A stretch of DNA of 64,000 bases from an uncultured Prevotellaceae bacterium (GTDB lineage Bacteria; Bacteroidota; Bacteroidia; Bacteroidales; Bacteroidaceae), in assembly GCA_902792635.1 (NCBI GenBank), contig CADBAG010000018.1, forward strand, positions 3,379 to 67,378. The letters run 5' to 3'. The position numbers and the translations under genes are program-made. The notes beneath the pieces are model-generated. The model did not search any database and had not been told where the DNA came from. It worked only from the letters and a program-made list of their open reading frames with translations. The number at the start of each line of letters is the position of its first letter. The first letter of the stretch is position 1. This document shows positions 8,087-17,295 of this stretch, one piece after another.

Positions 8087-9907
8087 ATGCAAGCAATCAT
8101 ATTAGCAGCAGGCATGGGCAAACGTCTTGGCGAGTACACCAAAAATAATACCAAATGTATGGTGGAAGTCAATGGCATTAAACTTATAGACCGGGCTATC
8201 ACACAGTTAGCACACTTTCACCTTAGTCGACTTGTAATCGTAATAGGATATAAGGGAAACGAGCTTAAAGAATATATAGGCCATCGGTATGACAAGGTCC
8301 TGAAAATTGAGTATATCGAGAATAAGGTTTACGACAAGACAAACAACATCTACTCGTTGGCCCTTGCTAAGGACGAGTTGTGTAAAGATGACACGATTCT
8401 ATTAGAATCGGATATTATCTTTGAAGACAGTGTACTTCAAAAATTAATAAATGATCCTTATCCGAATCTTGCCCTCGTTGATAAATATCAATCATGGATG
8501 GATGGCACCATGGTCACTATTAACGAGAACAATGAAATAGAGAACTTCATTAATAAGTCTTCCTTCAGATACCAGGACAAAGACTCTTATTATAAAACTG
8601 TTAATCTTTACAAGTTCAGCAAGGAGTTTTCAACCGGAGTATATGTTCCTTTCCTCGAAGCCTACTGCAAAGTAATGGGGAACAATCAGTATTATGAAGA
8701 AGTTTTACGCGTACTGACTGTTATCCATCAGTCAAGTCTTCATGCGCTTCCCCTGCAAGATGACAAATGGTACGAGATAGACGACGTACAAGATCTTGAC
8801 ATTGCATCCACCCTTTTCTCAAGCGATGCAGACAAATTTTATATGTACCACAAGAGATATGGTGGATTCTGGCGCTTCCCTAAGCTCTTAGATTTCTGTT
8901 ATCTTGTCAATCCCTATTTCCCAAATGAAAGGATGATAGAGGAGATGAAGTCAAACTTTGAGATCTTGCTAAGAGAATACCCATCGGGAATGTACGTCAA
9001 CTCTTTGCTTGCTGCTAAATATTTTTCTGTTAGGCAAGAGTTTATAGTTGTGGGTAATGGAGCTGCGGAGCTAATCAAGAATGTTATGGAGGAACATGCC
9101 GGAAAGAAGGTGGGCGTCTTGTTCCCTACGTTTGACGAATATCCGAACAGGCTGCATAAGGATCAAATCGTAGCTTTCGTTTCACAAAAAGATGATTTCT
9201 CATACACGATTGACGACCTTATTAACTTCTTTGGAGACAAAGACATTTCGTTACTGCTACTCATTAATCCCGATAATCCTTCCGGACACTTTATTGAGAA
9301 GAAGGATCTGCTGAAACTCATATCCTGGTGCTTAGAAAGAAACATTCGAATCATCGTTGACGAAAGTTTCGTAGACTTTACGGACAATTATGAGAAGAAC
9401 AGCCTACTTTCAAATGACATTCTATTGAGATTCCGTAACCTTATGGTTATGAAATCTATCAGCAAGTCGTATGGCGTTCCTGGACTTCGTTTAGGGATAC
9501 TTGCCTCAGCTGATACTTCTCTCATAGATCGAGTGAAAAAGGAAGTATCCATCTGGAATATTAACTCATTTGCAGAATACTATATGCAGATATTCGGCAA
9601 GTATGAATCTGATTACAAGAAAGCTTGCAGACTATTTGTTCGAGAAAGAGAATTATTCTATAAAGACTTACAGACTATTTCCTTCTTGCGTGTATTCCCA
9701 TCACAAGCATATTTCTTTCTTTGTGAAATTACAAATAAGTATTCATCGGCAGAGTTAGCAAATGAACTGATTAAGAGAGATATTCTCATCAGCAATTGCT
9801 CTACTAAAAACCACATGGGAGAGACTGGGAAACAACTTATTCGTCTAGCTATCCGTGATAGGGAAGACGATTCCTACCTCATAGATACTCTTCATAGCCT
9901 TGAATAA
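8087..9907 (+). CDS. Fusion of a LicC/PntC-like cytidylyltransferase and a class I/II PLP enzyme (CobD/HisC-like)
   Basis: N-terminal half has ILAAGMGKRL and WYEIDDVQDL. C-terminal half has NPDNPSG, VDESFVDF and SISKSYGVPGLRLG (PLP lysine). Confidence 0.85.
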   Translation: MQAIILAAGMGKRLGEYTKNNTKCMVEVNGIKLIDRAITQLAHFHLSRLVIVIGYKGNELKEYIGHRYDKVLKIEYIENKVYDKTNNIYSLALAKDELCKDDTILLESDIIFEDSVLQKLINDPYPNLALVDKYQSWMDGTMVTINENNEIENFINKSSFRYQDKDSYYKTVNLYKFSKEFSTGVYVPFLEAYCKVMGNNQYYEEVLRVLTVIHQSSLHALPLQDDKWYEIDDVQDLDIASTLFSSDADKFYMYHKRYGGFWRFPKLLDFCYLVNPYFPNERMIEEMKSNFEILLREYPSGMYVNSLLAAKYFSVRQEFIVVGNGAAELIKNVMEEHAGKKVGVLFPTFDEYPNRLHKDQIVAFVSQKDDFSYTIDDLINFFGDKDISLLLLINPDNPSGHFIEKKDLLKLISWCLERNIRIIVDESFVDFTDNYEKNSLLSNDILLRFRNLMVMKSISKSYGVPGLRLGILASADTSLIDRVKKEVSIWNINSFAEYYMQIFGKYESDYKKACRLFVRERELFYKDLQTISFLRVFPSQAYFFLCEITNKYSSAELANELIKRDILISNCSTKNHMGETGKQLIRLAIRDREDDSYLIDTLHSLE

Positions 9908-10751
9908 TTTGAATTCATTTATCAATTACCCTCCTTTTTCCGTTCTTCTTTCTCTTTATAAAAAGGAGAAGCCGGAATATCTGAAGGAGGCTTTAGACAG
10001 CGTCTTCGCACAGACTATAAAGTCGGATGATGTCGTACTTGTCGAAGACGGACGGTTGCCGGAAGACTTGGAGACTGTGGTCTGCAATTATGAAAGCCGT
10101 TATCCAGCGCTTCACGTGGTCCGATTTGAGCAGAACCGGGGCTTGGGAGTAGCGCTTAATGAGGGTATGAAATACTGTCAGCACGACATTATTGCCAGGG
10201 CCGACACCGACGACATCAATCACCCTGACCGCTTCGAAAGAGAAATAGCTGTCTTCGCTGAGCATCCGGAATATGATCTTGTATCTGCATGGATCGACGA
10301 ATTCATTGATACTCCCGATCATATACACTCTCAACGAAGACTACCCGAGAAGTCTGAGGACATTTATCAGTATGGCAAGCATCGTTGCCCGGTCAATCAT
10401 CCCGTAGCTATGTATCGACGGAGCGCCGTTGAGCGCGTAGGCGGCTATCAAACTGATCTCTTCCCCGAAGATTACTATCTTTGGATGAAGATGCTGAGAG
10501 CGGGAAGCCTGTTCTATAACATCCAGGACAGTCTGCTCGCCTTTAGATACAATCCTCAGACCATTAGGAAAAGAGGCGGCTGGAAATATGCGGTGGATGA
10601 AGCGAGAACGCAATGGAGAGCCTATCGGCAGTTGCATTATCTTTCCTTTACCGACTTCTGCTTCAATGTCTCCATCCGGTTTACAACCCGAATCATCCCT
10701 AACAAGCTCCGACAGCTCATCTACGCTACTATGCGAAAAGTTGCAAAATAA
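9900..10751 (+). CDS. GT2 glycosyltransferase (AmsE/WbbD-like)
   Basis: FSVLLSLYKKE, VEDG, NRGLGVALN, ARADTDD and EDYYLW motifs. TTG start is uncertain. Confidence 0.85.
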   Translation: MNNLNSFINYPPFSVLLSLYKKEKPEYLKEALDSVFAQTIKSDDVVLVEDGRLPEDLETVVCNYESRYPALHVVRFEQNRGLGVALNEGMKYCQHDIIARADTDDINHPDRFEREIAVFAEHPEYDLVSAWIDEFIDTPDHIHSQRRLPEKSEDIYQYGKHRCPVNHPVAMYRRSAVERVGGYQTDLFPEDYYLWMKMLRAGSLFYNIQDSLLAFRYNPQTIRKRGGWKYAVDEARTQWRAYRQLHYLSFTDFCFNVSIRFTTRIIPNKLRQLIYATMRKVAK

Positions 10752-10827
10752 GAACAAAAAAGATTTCTTTTTAATACAATATATCGATAGTCTCAGCGTT
10801 TAATAATCAATAAAGAATGACTATTAA

Positions 10828-11940
10828 ATGCAAGGCTATCTACTATATTTCGGAGCAGTGTTGATAAGCATGGGATGCGGATTTGCCGTCATCCCCGCAA
10901 TCACTAAGTTCTGCCTCAAATATAACTTTTACGACCAGCCCAACGGCCGAAAGATTCACCACGAGCCCATCCCGCGGCTTGGCGGCATCTCTTTTGTGCC
11001 CGGCATGCTTCTGACCTCTGTCATCGTGCTTTTTCTTATGAGCACGGGTCATAACAGAGAAGTGCAGGTGAGTCTTTGGAGCCTCTACTTCTGCGTAAGC
11101 CTGCTCATTATTTATTTTACGGGCATCGTTGACGATCTCGTGGGCCTCAACGCCACCGTAAAATTTATGATTGAGATTGCAGCCACCTGTATCTTACCCG
11201 CTGCCAATCTCTATATCAACAACCTCTATGGGCTGTTCGGTATCTACACCATTCCTTTCTGGGTTGGTGCTCCTCTGACAATCCTCGTTTTAGTTTTTAC
11301 CTGCAATGCCATCAACCTCATCGATGGCATCGATGGATTGTCTGCATCCCTTACGATTATCGCTCTGATAGGATTCTTCATATGTTTCTATTCAGAGAAT
11401 CTAACCTACTATTGCGTCTTGATTGCTGCTTTAGTGGGCGTGCTCATACCTTACCTTTATTATAATGTGTTCGGAAGCATAGAGAAACACAAGAAGATTT
11501 TCATGGGCGACTCAGGCAGTCTGAGCCTTGGTTACATACTTGGGTTTCTTGCTGTGAAACTGTGCATGGACACGCCACGCGTAGCCTACGAACCAAGCAG
11601 GATCGTATGGGCGTGGTCGTTGCTTGCCGTGCCGTGCTTCGACGTGGTGCGCGTCTTCTTCTTCCGTATCATCCACGGGCGCTCACCCTTTCAGCCTGAC
11701 AAGAATCATATCCACCATAAACTTATGGCCTGCGGGCTTAGTCAGCACCAGGCACTGGTTACAATCGTAGCTTTCCAGTTCTTGATCATTGCAGCCAATT
11801 TTGCTTTGGCAGACATCATATCTTCCACCGCAATACTCTGCATTGACGTAGCCATGTATTTCATCTTTAATCTCGTTACTAACCTGGTATCCAACCAGAA
11901 AAGCGCATTGGTAAGCGAGGCTCAGCACATTACAAAATGA
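10828..11940 (+). CDS. MraY/WecA-family undecaprenyl-phosphate sugar-1-P transferase
   Basis: GIVDD, NAINLIDGIDGL, FMGDSGS and PDKNHIHH motifs. Confidence 0.9.
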   Translation: MQGYLLYFGAVLISMGCGFAVIPAITKFCLKYNFYDQPNGRKIHHEPIPRLGGISFVPGMLLTSVIVLFLMSTGHNREVQVSLWSLYFCVSLLIIYFTGIVDDLVGLNATVKFMIEIAATCILPAANLYINNLYGLFGIYTIPFWVGAPLTILVLVFTCNAINLIDGIDGLSASLTIIALIGFFICFYSENLTYYCVLIAALVGVLIPYLYYNVFGSIEKHKKIFMGDSGSLSLGYILGFLAVKLCMDTPRVAYEPSRIVWAWSLLAVPCFDVVRVFFFRIIHGRSPFQPDKNHIHHKLMACGLSQHQALVTIVAFQFLIIAANFALADIISSTAILCIDVAMYFIFNLVTNLVSNQKSALVSEAQHITK

Positions 11941-12512
11941 AAAGAGTCATCGACTTCATATTGGCTATCATCTGTCTGATACTTTTCTCTCCGCTCATGG
12001 CTTTCTGCGCCATTGCCATCAAGCGCGAGGACGGTCTGCCCGTCATCTATAGCCAGGAGCGCATCGGACGTCATGGCAAGCCTTTCAGGATTTACAAGTT
12101 CCGCACCATGAAAAAGGATGCGGAAGATGGCGGCATACCCAAACTTGTCGAGACGCCCAATGACCCCCGACTGACGCATATTGGAGCCAAACTGCGCAAG
12201 CACCACCTCGATGAGCTTCCCCAACTGTGGAATGTCGTCAAAGGTGATATGGCGTTCATTGGTCCACGCCCTGAGCGCCAATATTATATCGACAAGATCA
12301 TGCAGCATGATCCGCGATATGAGCAGCTCTATGCGCTCCGCCCGGGCGTTACAAGCTATGCCACATTATATAATGGGTATGCCGACACGATGGAGAAAAT
12401 GCTGCGACGCCTTGAACTTGACCTTTACTACCTTCAGCATCATTCGCTTTGGATGGATGCTTCTATCCTCTTTAAAACCTTTCTCAGCATTGTTTCTGGG
12501 AAAGTCTTCTGA
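11937..12512 (+). CDS. Small initiating phosphoglycosyltransferase (Bac_transf, WcaJ/PglC-like)
   Basis: KRVIDF, KFRTM, LDELPQLWNVVKGDM, GPRP and PGVT motifs. Confidence 0.9.
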   Translation: MKRVIDFILAIICLILFSPLMAFCAIAIKREDGLPVIYSQERIGRHGKPFRIYKFRTMKKDAEDGGIPKLVETPNDPRLTHIGAKLRKHHLDELPQLWNVVKGDMAFIGPRPERQYYIDKIMQHDPRYEQLYALRPGVTSYATLYNGYADTMEKMLRRLELDLYYLQHHSLWMDASILFKTFLSIVSGKVF

Positions 12513-12687
12513 CGCTTTGCTGTATATTTATTCGCAAAACGACAATCTGTTAACAAATCTCCTCCATTTTTATTGATTTAAGGCCCAATAAGCCGCCTGC
12601 AACTTACAAATCATTACTTAATTGTTAAAAAGCAATGAAAGAATAAATAAAATTGCAGTTCTACTTTCTATTTAGCATTAAATTGCT

Positions 12688-12695
12688 TAATTTTG
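12688..12695 (+). promoter_or_regulatory. Bacteroidota sigma -7 box for gltBD
   Basis: TAATTTTG matches TAnnTTTG, 38 nt before the gltB ATG. Confidence 0.6.
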
Positions 12696-12733
12696 CAAAT
12701 GAATTGATAGGTAAATTACAAAAACATTAGCAA

Positions 12734-15700
12734 ATGCAAACAAATGGACTGTACAACAGTTCCTACGAGCATGACGCTTGTGGCGTAGGAATGGTAGTGA
12801 ACATCCATGGTGGAAAGAGTCACCAGCTTGTTGACGATGCACTGAAAGTTCTTGAGAACTTGCGTCACCGTGGCGCAGAAGGTGCTGACGGCAAGACCGG
12901 TGATGGAGCAGGTATCTTGCTTCAGATCCCCCATGAGTTTATTCTTCTTCAAGGCATCCCAGTACCTGAAAAGGGAAAATATGGCACAGGACTCATATTC
13001 TTACCTAAGGACGAGAAACGCCAGCAGGAGATTCTCTCCATCATGATTGAGGAAATAGAGCGCGAGGGATTACAACTCATGCACCTGCGCACGGTCCCCA
13101 CAAACCCCGACTGCCTCGGTGAGGCTGCCGCTGAATCGGAGCCGGCCATCAAGCAGGTCTTCATCACGGGTGTGTCCGATGACAAGGTGCCCGTCTTTGA
13201 ACGGATGCTCTATATCATCAGAAAGAAGATAGAGCGTCGTGTCCACGACAAGGACTTCTACATTTGCTCACTCTCCAGCAAGAATATTGTTTATAAAGGT
13301 ATGCTGTCGAGCCTTCAGCTCCGTCAGTATTATCCCGACCTGACGAACAGCTATTTCACGAGCGGTCTGGCCCTCGTGCACAGCCGTTTCTCAACAAACA
13401 CCTTCCCCACATGGTCGCTGGCTCAGCCGTTCCGTCTCTTAGCGCACAACGGTGAGATCAACACTATCCGCGGTAACCGCTCGTGGATGAAAGCGCGCGA
13501 GGCTGTGCTCTCTTCTGACGCTCTCGGTGATATCCATGAGATCTCGCCAATCATCCAGCCTAACATGAGTGACTCGGCAAGCTTAGACAACGTCTTCGAG
13601 TTCTTCGTCATGAACGGCATGTCGCTGCCGAAGGCCCTGAGCATCATGGTGCCGGAGAGCTTCAACGACAAGAACCCTATCTCCGAGGATATCAAGGCTT
13701 TCTACGAGTACCACTCTATCCTGATGGAGCCATGGGACGGTCCTGCCGCCCTGCTGTTCTCCGACGGCCGCTATGCCGGTGGCATGCTTGACCGTAACGG
13801 TCTGCGTCCGGCACGATACACCATCACCAAAGATGGTATCATGGTTGTGGCTTCCGAGGTCGGTGTCATGGACTTCGATCCGACAGTCATCGCAGAGAAA
13901 GGACGTCTGCAGCCGGGAAAGATCCTGCTTATCGATACACAGGAAGGCAAGATCTACTACGACGGTGAGATCAAGGATCGTCTCGCTCATGAGCATCCTT
14001 ACCGCCAGTGGCTGAACACCAACCGTATACAACTTGAGAAGATTCATACGGGCCGTAAGGTGAGCAACGCCGTTGACCATCTTGAGGCAAAAGAGGTAGA
14101 GTTCGGATTCGGTGAGGAAGATGTTGCTGATACACTGATCCCAATGGCTATCAAAGGCCAAGAGCCTACCGCTTCCATGGGTAACGATACGCCGCTCGCC
14201 GTGCTCTCTGACCAGCCGCAGATCTTCTTCAACTATTTCCGTCAGCAGTTTGCTCAGGTCACCAACCCTGCTATCGACTCCATCCGCGAGCAGCTCGTCA
14301 TGAGTCTCGCTGAGTATATCGGCCGCGTGGGTACGGGTATTCTCAACCCGAACGAGACCAACTGTAAGATGGTTCGTCTGCCCCACCCGATCCTGACAAA
14401 CAGTCAGCTCGATATCCTTCAGAACATTCGATATAAAGGCTTCAATACTCGCAAGCTCAGCATCACGTTCACTCCGTCTGCGGACAACTCCGAGCATCCG
14501 GGTGAGGCTCTACGCGAAGCCCTCGACAAGCTCTGTCACGATGCAGAGCAGAGCGTGGACGAAGGCTACAACTATATCATCCTCTCCGACCGCGACGTCG
14601 ACAAGGATCATGTCGCCATTCCTTCTCTGCTCGCAGTGAGCGCCGTACACCACTACCTCATTGACGCAGGTAAGCGTGTGCAGACAGCTCTGATTGTTGA
14701 GAGCGGTGAGATCCGCGAGGTGATGCATGCAGCCCTGCTCTTAGGCTACGGCGCTTCTGCCCTGTGTCCGTACATGACCTATGCTATCCTCGACGACCTC
14801 GTGAAGAAAGGCAAGATCCAGGAGAACTACGCTACGGCAGAGGCCAACTATATCAATGCCGTCAAGAAAGGTCTGCTGAAGATCATGGCTAAGATGGGTA
14901 TCTCTACGATCCGTTCTTACCGTGGTGCACAGATCTTCGAGTCTATCGGTCTGTCAGAAGGTCTGCTCCGCACATACTTCGGTACAGAGACGAGCACCGT
15001 CGGCGGTATCGGTCTCGACACCATTGCCCGCGACGCCAAGGCTTATCACGATAAAGCTATCCGCGAGGAGCAGATGGACGTGGAGCGCCCATTGCCTAAC
15101 CTCGGACAGTTCCACTGGCGTGAGGATGGTATCAAGCACGCTTGGAACCCGGAGACGATCGCTACACTGCAGCTCGCTACGCGTACAGGCAACTACGAGC
15201 TATTCAAGAAGTTTGAGAATCTCGTCGACAACAAGCCAGAGCCTCTGTTCCTCCGCGACTTCCTCGACTGGAAACGTAACCCAATAGATATCGACAAGGT
15301 AGAACCTGTCGAGAAGATTGTCAAGCACTTCGTCACCGGTGCTATGTCATTCGGTGCTCTGTCAGCAGAGGCCCATGAGGCGCTGTGTCTGGCAATGAAC
15401 AAACTCGGCTCACGTTCCAACACCGGTGAGGGTGGTGAGGACAATGAGCGTTATCACAAGACGGTAGACGGCATTAGTCTCTCCTCCAAGACCAAGCAGG
15501 TTGCTTCCGGCCGTTTCGGTGTAACAACTGAATATCTCGTCAATGCTGAGGAGATTCAGATCAAGGTCGCACAAGGTGCTAAGCCTGGTGAGGGTGGTCA
15601 GCTTCCCGGCTTCAAGGTGAATCAGATCATCGCCAAGACACGTAACTCTATCCCCGGCATCTCCCTCATCTCGCCACCGCCTCATCACGATATCTACTCT

Positions 15701-17257
15701 ATCGAGGATCTGAAGCAGCTCATTTTCGACTTGAAGAACGTCAACCCGAAGGCTGCTATCAGCGTGAAGCTCGTAGCAGAGAGTGGCGTAGGAACGATCG
15801 CAGCCGGTGTCGTCAAGGCTAAGGCTGACCTCGTGGTCGTCTCCGGTGCAGAAGGTGGTACAGGTGCAAGCCCTGCTTCCTCCATGCGTTTCGCCGGTAT
15901 CTCGCCTGAGATCGGTATCGCAGAGACACAGCAGACACTCGTCAAGAACGGTCTGCGCTCGCTGACACGCCTGCAGGTCGATGGTCAGATGAAGTCAGCC
16001 CGCGACGTCATCATCATGGCTCTGCTCGGTGCAGAGGAGTTCGGCTTCGGTACAGCGCCGTTGATCACACTCGGTTGTGTCATGATGCGTAAATGCTCGT
16101 CCAACACCTGTCCTATGGGCGTGGCCACACAGGATGAGCGCCTCCGCAAACATTTCCGCGGCGATTACCACTATGTCATCAACTACTTCACGTTCCTGGC
16201 ACAGCATGTCCGCGAGTATCTCGCAGAGATGGGCTTCACAAGTCTCAACGACATCGTGGGTCATACAGAACTGCTCACCAAGCGTGACACTTCCAAGATT
16301 TGGGCTCCTGTTCTGCCGAAGACACAGGCTAAATGGGAGAGCCTCGACTTCTCTCGCTTAGAGAAGAAAGAGACGGGCGATGTGAGCCTCTACTGCACAA
16401 AGACACAAGACCACGAGCTTAATAATCTCCTTGACCAGCAGATTATAGCCAGTGCGCAGAAGTCTATTCAGGACAAGGAAGAGGTGAACCTCGACTTCGC
16501 TATCCGCAACACGAACCGTGCCGTGGGTGCTATGCTCTCAGGTATCATTGCCGAGAAGTACGGTGAGGAAGGCTTGCCCGAGGATACGATCAACGTACGC
16601 TTCAAGGGTTCTGCCGGTCAGAGCTTCGGTGCATTCCTCGTTCACGGTGTCAACTTCAAGCTTGAGGGTGAGACCAACGACTACTTCGCCAAAGGACTCT
16701 CCGGTGGCCGCATCAGTATTCTGCCGCCGATCCGTTCCAACTTCAATGCTGAGGACAACATCATCGCTGGCAACACGGGTCTCTACGGTGCTACAACCGG
16801 TGAGCTCTATGTCAACGGTAAGGTCGGTGAGCGCTTCGCTGTGAGAAACTCCGGTGCTATCGCCGTCGTTGAAGGAGCCGGTGATCACTGCTGTGAGTAT
16901 ATGACCGGTGGCCGCGTGGTAGTCCTCGGAAAGACGGGCCGCAACTTTGCCGCAGGTATGTCTGGTGGTGTAGCTTATGTCTGGGACAAGGACCACAACT
17001 TCGACTACTACTGTAACATGGGTATGGTGGAGATCAACCTCGTGGAAGACACCACTTACCGTAAGGAGCTGCATGAGCTCATCCGTCAGCACTATCTCTA
17101 CACAGGCTCTAAGCTCGCCCGCACAATGCTCGACGACTGGAACCGATATGTGGAAGACTTCATACAGGTTGTGCCTATCGAGTACAAGCGCGTACTGCAG
17201 GAAGAGCAAGTGAAGAAACTTCAACAGAAGATCTCTGACATCCAGAGAGACTATTAA
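12734..17257 (+). CDS. gltB: Glutamate synthase large subunit
   Basis: 1507 aa, N-terminal EHDACGVG (Ntn cysteine), HSRFSTNT, AQGAKPGEGGQL and the CVMMRKCSSNTC Fe-S motif. Confidence 0.98.
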   Translation: MQTNGLYNSSYEHDACGVGMVVNIHGGKSHQLVDDALKVLENLRHRGAEGADGKTGDGAGILLQIPHEFILLQGIPVPEKGKYGTGLIFLPKDEKRQQEILSIMIEEIEREGLQLMHLRTVPTNPDCLGEAAAESEPAIKQVFITGVSDDKVPVFERMLYIIRKKIERRVHDKDFYICSLSSKNIVYKGMLSSLQLRQYYPDLTNSYFTSGLALVHSRFSTNTFPTWSLAQPFRLLAHNGEINTIRGNRSWMKAREAVLSSDALGDIHEISPIIQPNMSDSASLDNVFEFFVMNGMSLPKALSIMVPESFNDKNPISEDIKAFYEYHSILMEPWDGPAALLFSDGRYAGGMLDRNGLRPARYTITKDGIMVVASEVGVMDFDPTVIAEKGRLQPGKILLIDTQEGKIYYDGEIKDRLAHEHPYRQWLNTNRIQLEKIHTGRKVSNAVDHLEAKEVEFGFGEEDVADTLIPMAIKGQEPTASMGNDTPLAVLSDQPQIFFNYFRQQFAQVTNPAIDSIREQLVMSLAEYIGRVGTGILNPNETNCKMVRLPHPILTNSQLDILQNIRYKGFNTRKLSITFTPSADNSEHPGEALREALDKLCHDAEQSVDEGYNYIILSDRDVDKDHVAIPSLLAVSAVHHYLIDAGKRVQTALIVESGEIREVMHAALLLGYGASALCPYMTYAILDDLVKKGKIQENYATAEANYINAVKKGLLKIMAKMGISTIRSYRGAQIFESIGLSEGLLRTYFGTETSTVGGIGLDTIARDAKAYHDKAIREEQMDVERPLPNLGQFHWREDGIKHAWNPETIATLQLATRTGNYELFKKFENLVDNKPEPLFLRDFLDWKRNPIDIDKVEPVEKIVKHFVTGAMSFGALSAEAHEALCLAMNKLGSRSNTGEGGEDNERYHKTVDGISLSSKTKQVASGRFGVTTEYLVNAEEIQIKVAQGAKPGEGGQLPGFKVNQIIAKTRNSIPGISLISPPPHHDIYSIEDLKQLIFDLKNVNPKAAISVKLVAESGVGTIAAGVVKAKADLVVVSGAEGGTGASPASSMRFAGISPEIGIAETQQTLVKNGLRSLTRLQVDGQMKSARDVIIMALLGAEEFGFGTAPLITLGCVMMRKCSSNTCPMGVATQDERLRKHFRGDYHYVINYFTFLAQHVREYLAEMGFTSLNDIVGHTELLTKRDTSKIWAPVLPKTQAKWESLDFSRLEKKETGDVSLYCTKTQDHELNNLLDQQIIASAQKSIQDKEEVNLDFAIRNTNRAVGAMLSGIIAEKYGEEGLPEDTINVRFKGSAGQSFGAFLVHGVNFKLEGETNDYFAKGLSGGRISILPPIRSNFNAEDNIIAGNTGLYGATTGELYVNGKVGERFAVRNSGAIAVVEGAGDHCCEYMTGGRVVVLGKTGRNFAAGMSGGVAYVWDKDHNFDYYCNMGMVEINLVEDTTYRKELHELIRQHYLYTGSKLARTMLDDWNRYVEDFIQVVPIEYKRVLQEEQVKKLQQKISDIQRDY

Positions 17258-17292
17258 TAATTAGTAATTAATAATTAGTAATTAGTAATTAA
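17258..17292 (+). repeat. Five tandem TAATTAR heptamers filling the gltB-gltD spacer
   Basis: taattag taattaa taattag taattag taattaa read directly. Confidence 0.9.
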
Positions 17293-17295
17293 AGT

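Noticed and set aside
8087-9907. Phosphonate or cobalamin pathway assignment for the fusion
   Set aside because: No PEP mutase, phosphonopyruvate decarboxylase or cob genes are in the window, and the licD/glycosyltransferase context fits a phosphate-ester decoration better. A phosphonate donor made elsewhere cannot be excluded.
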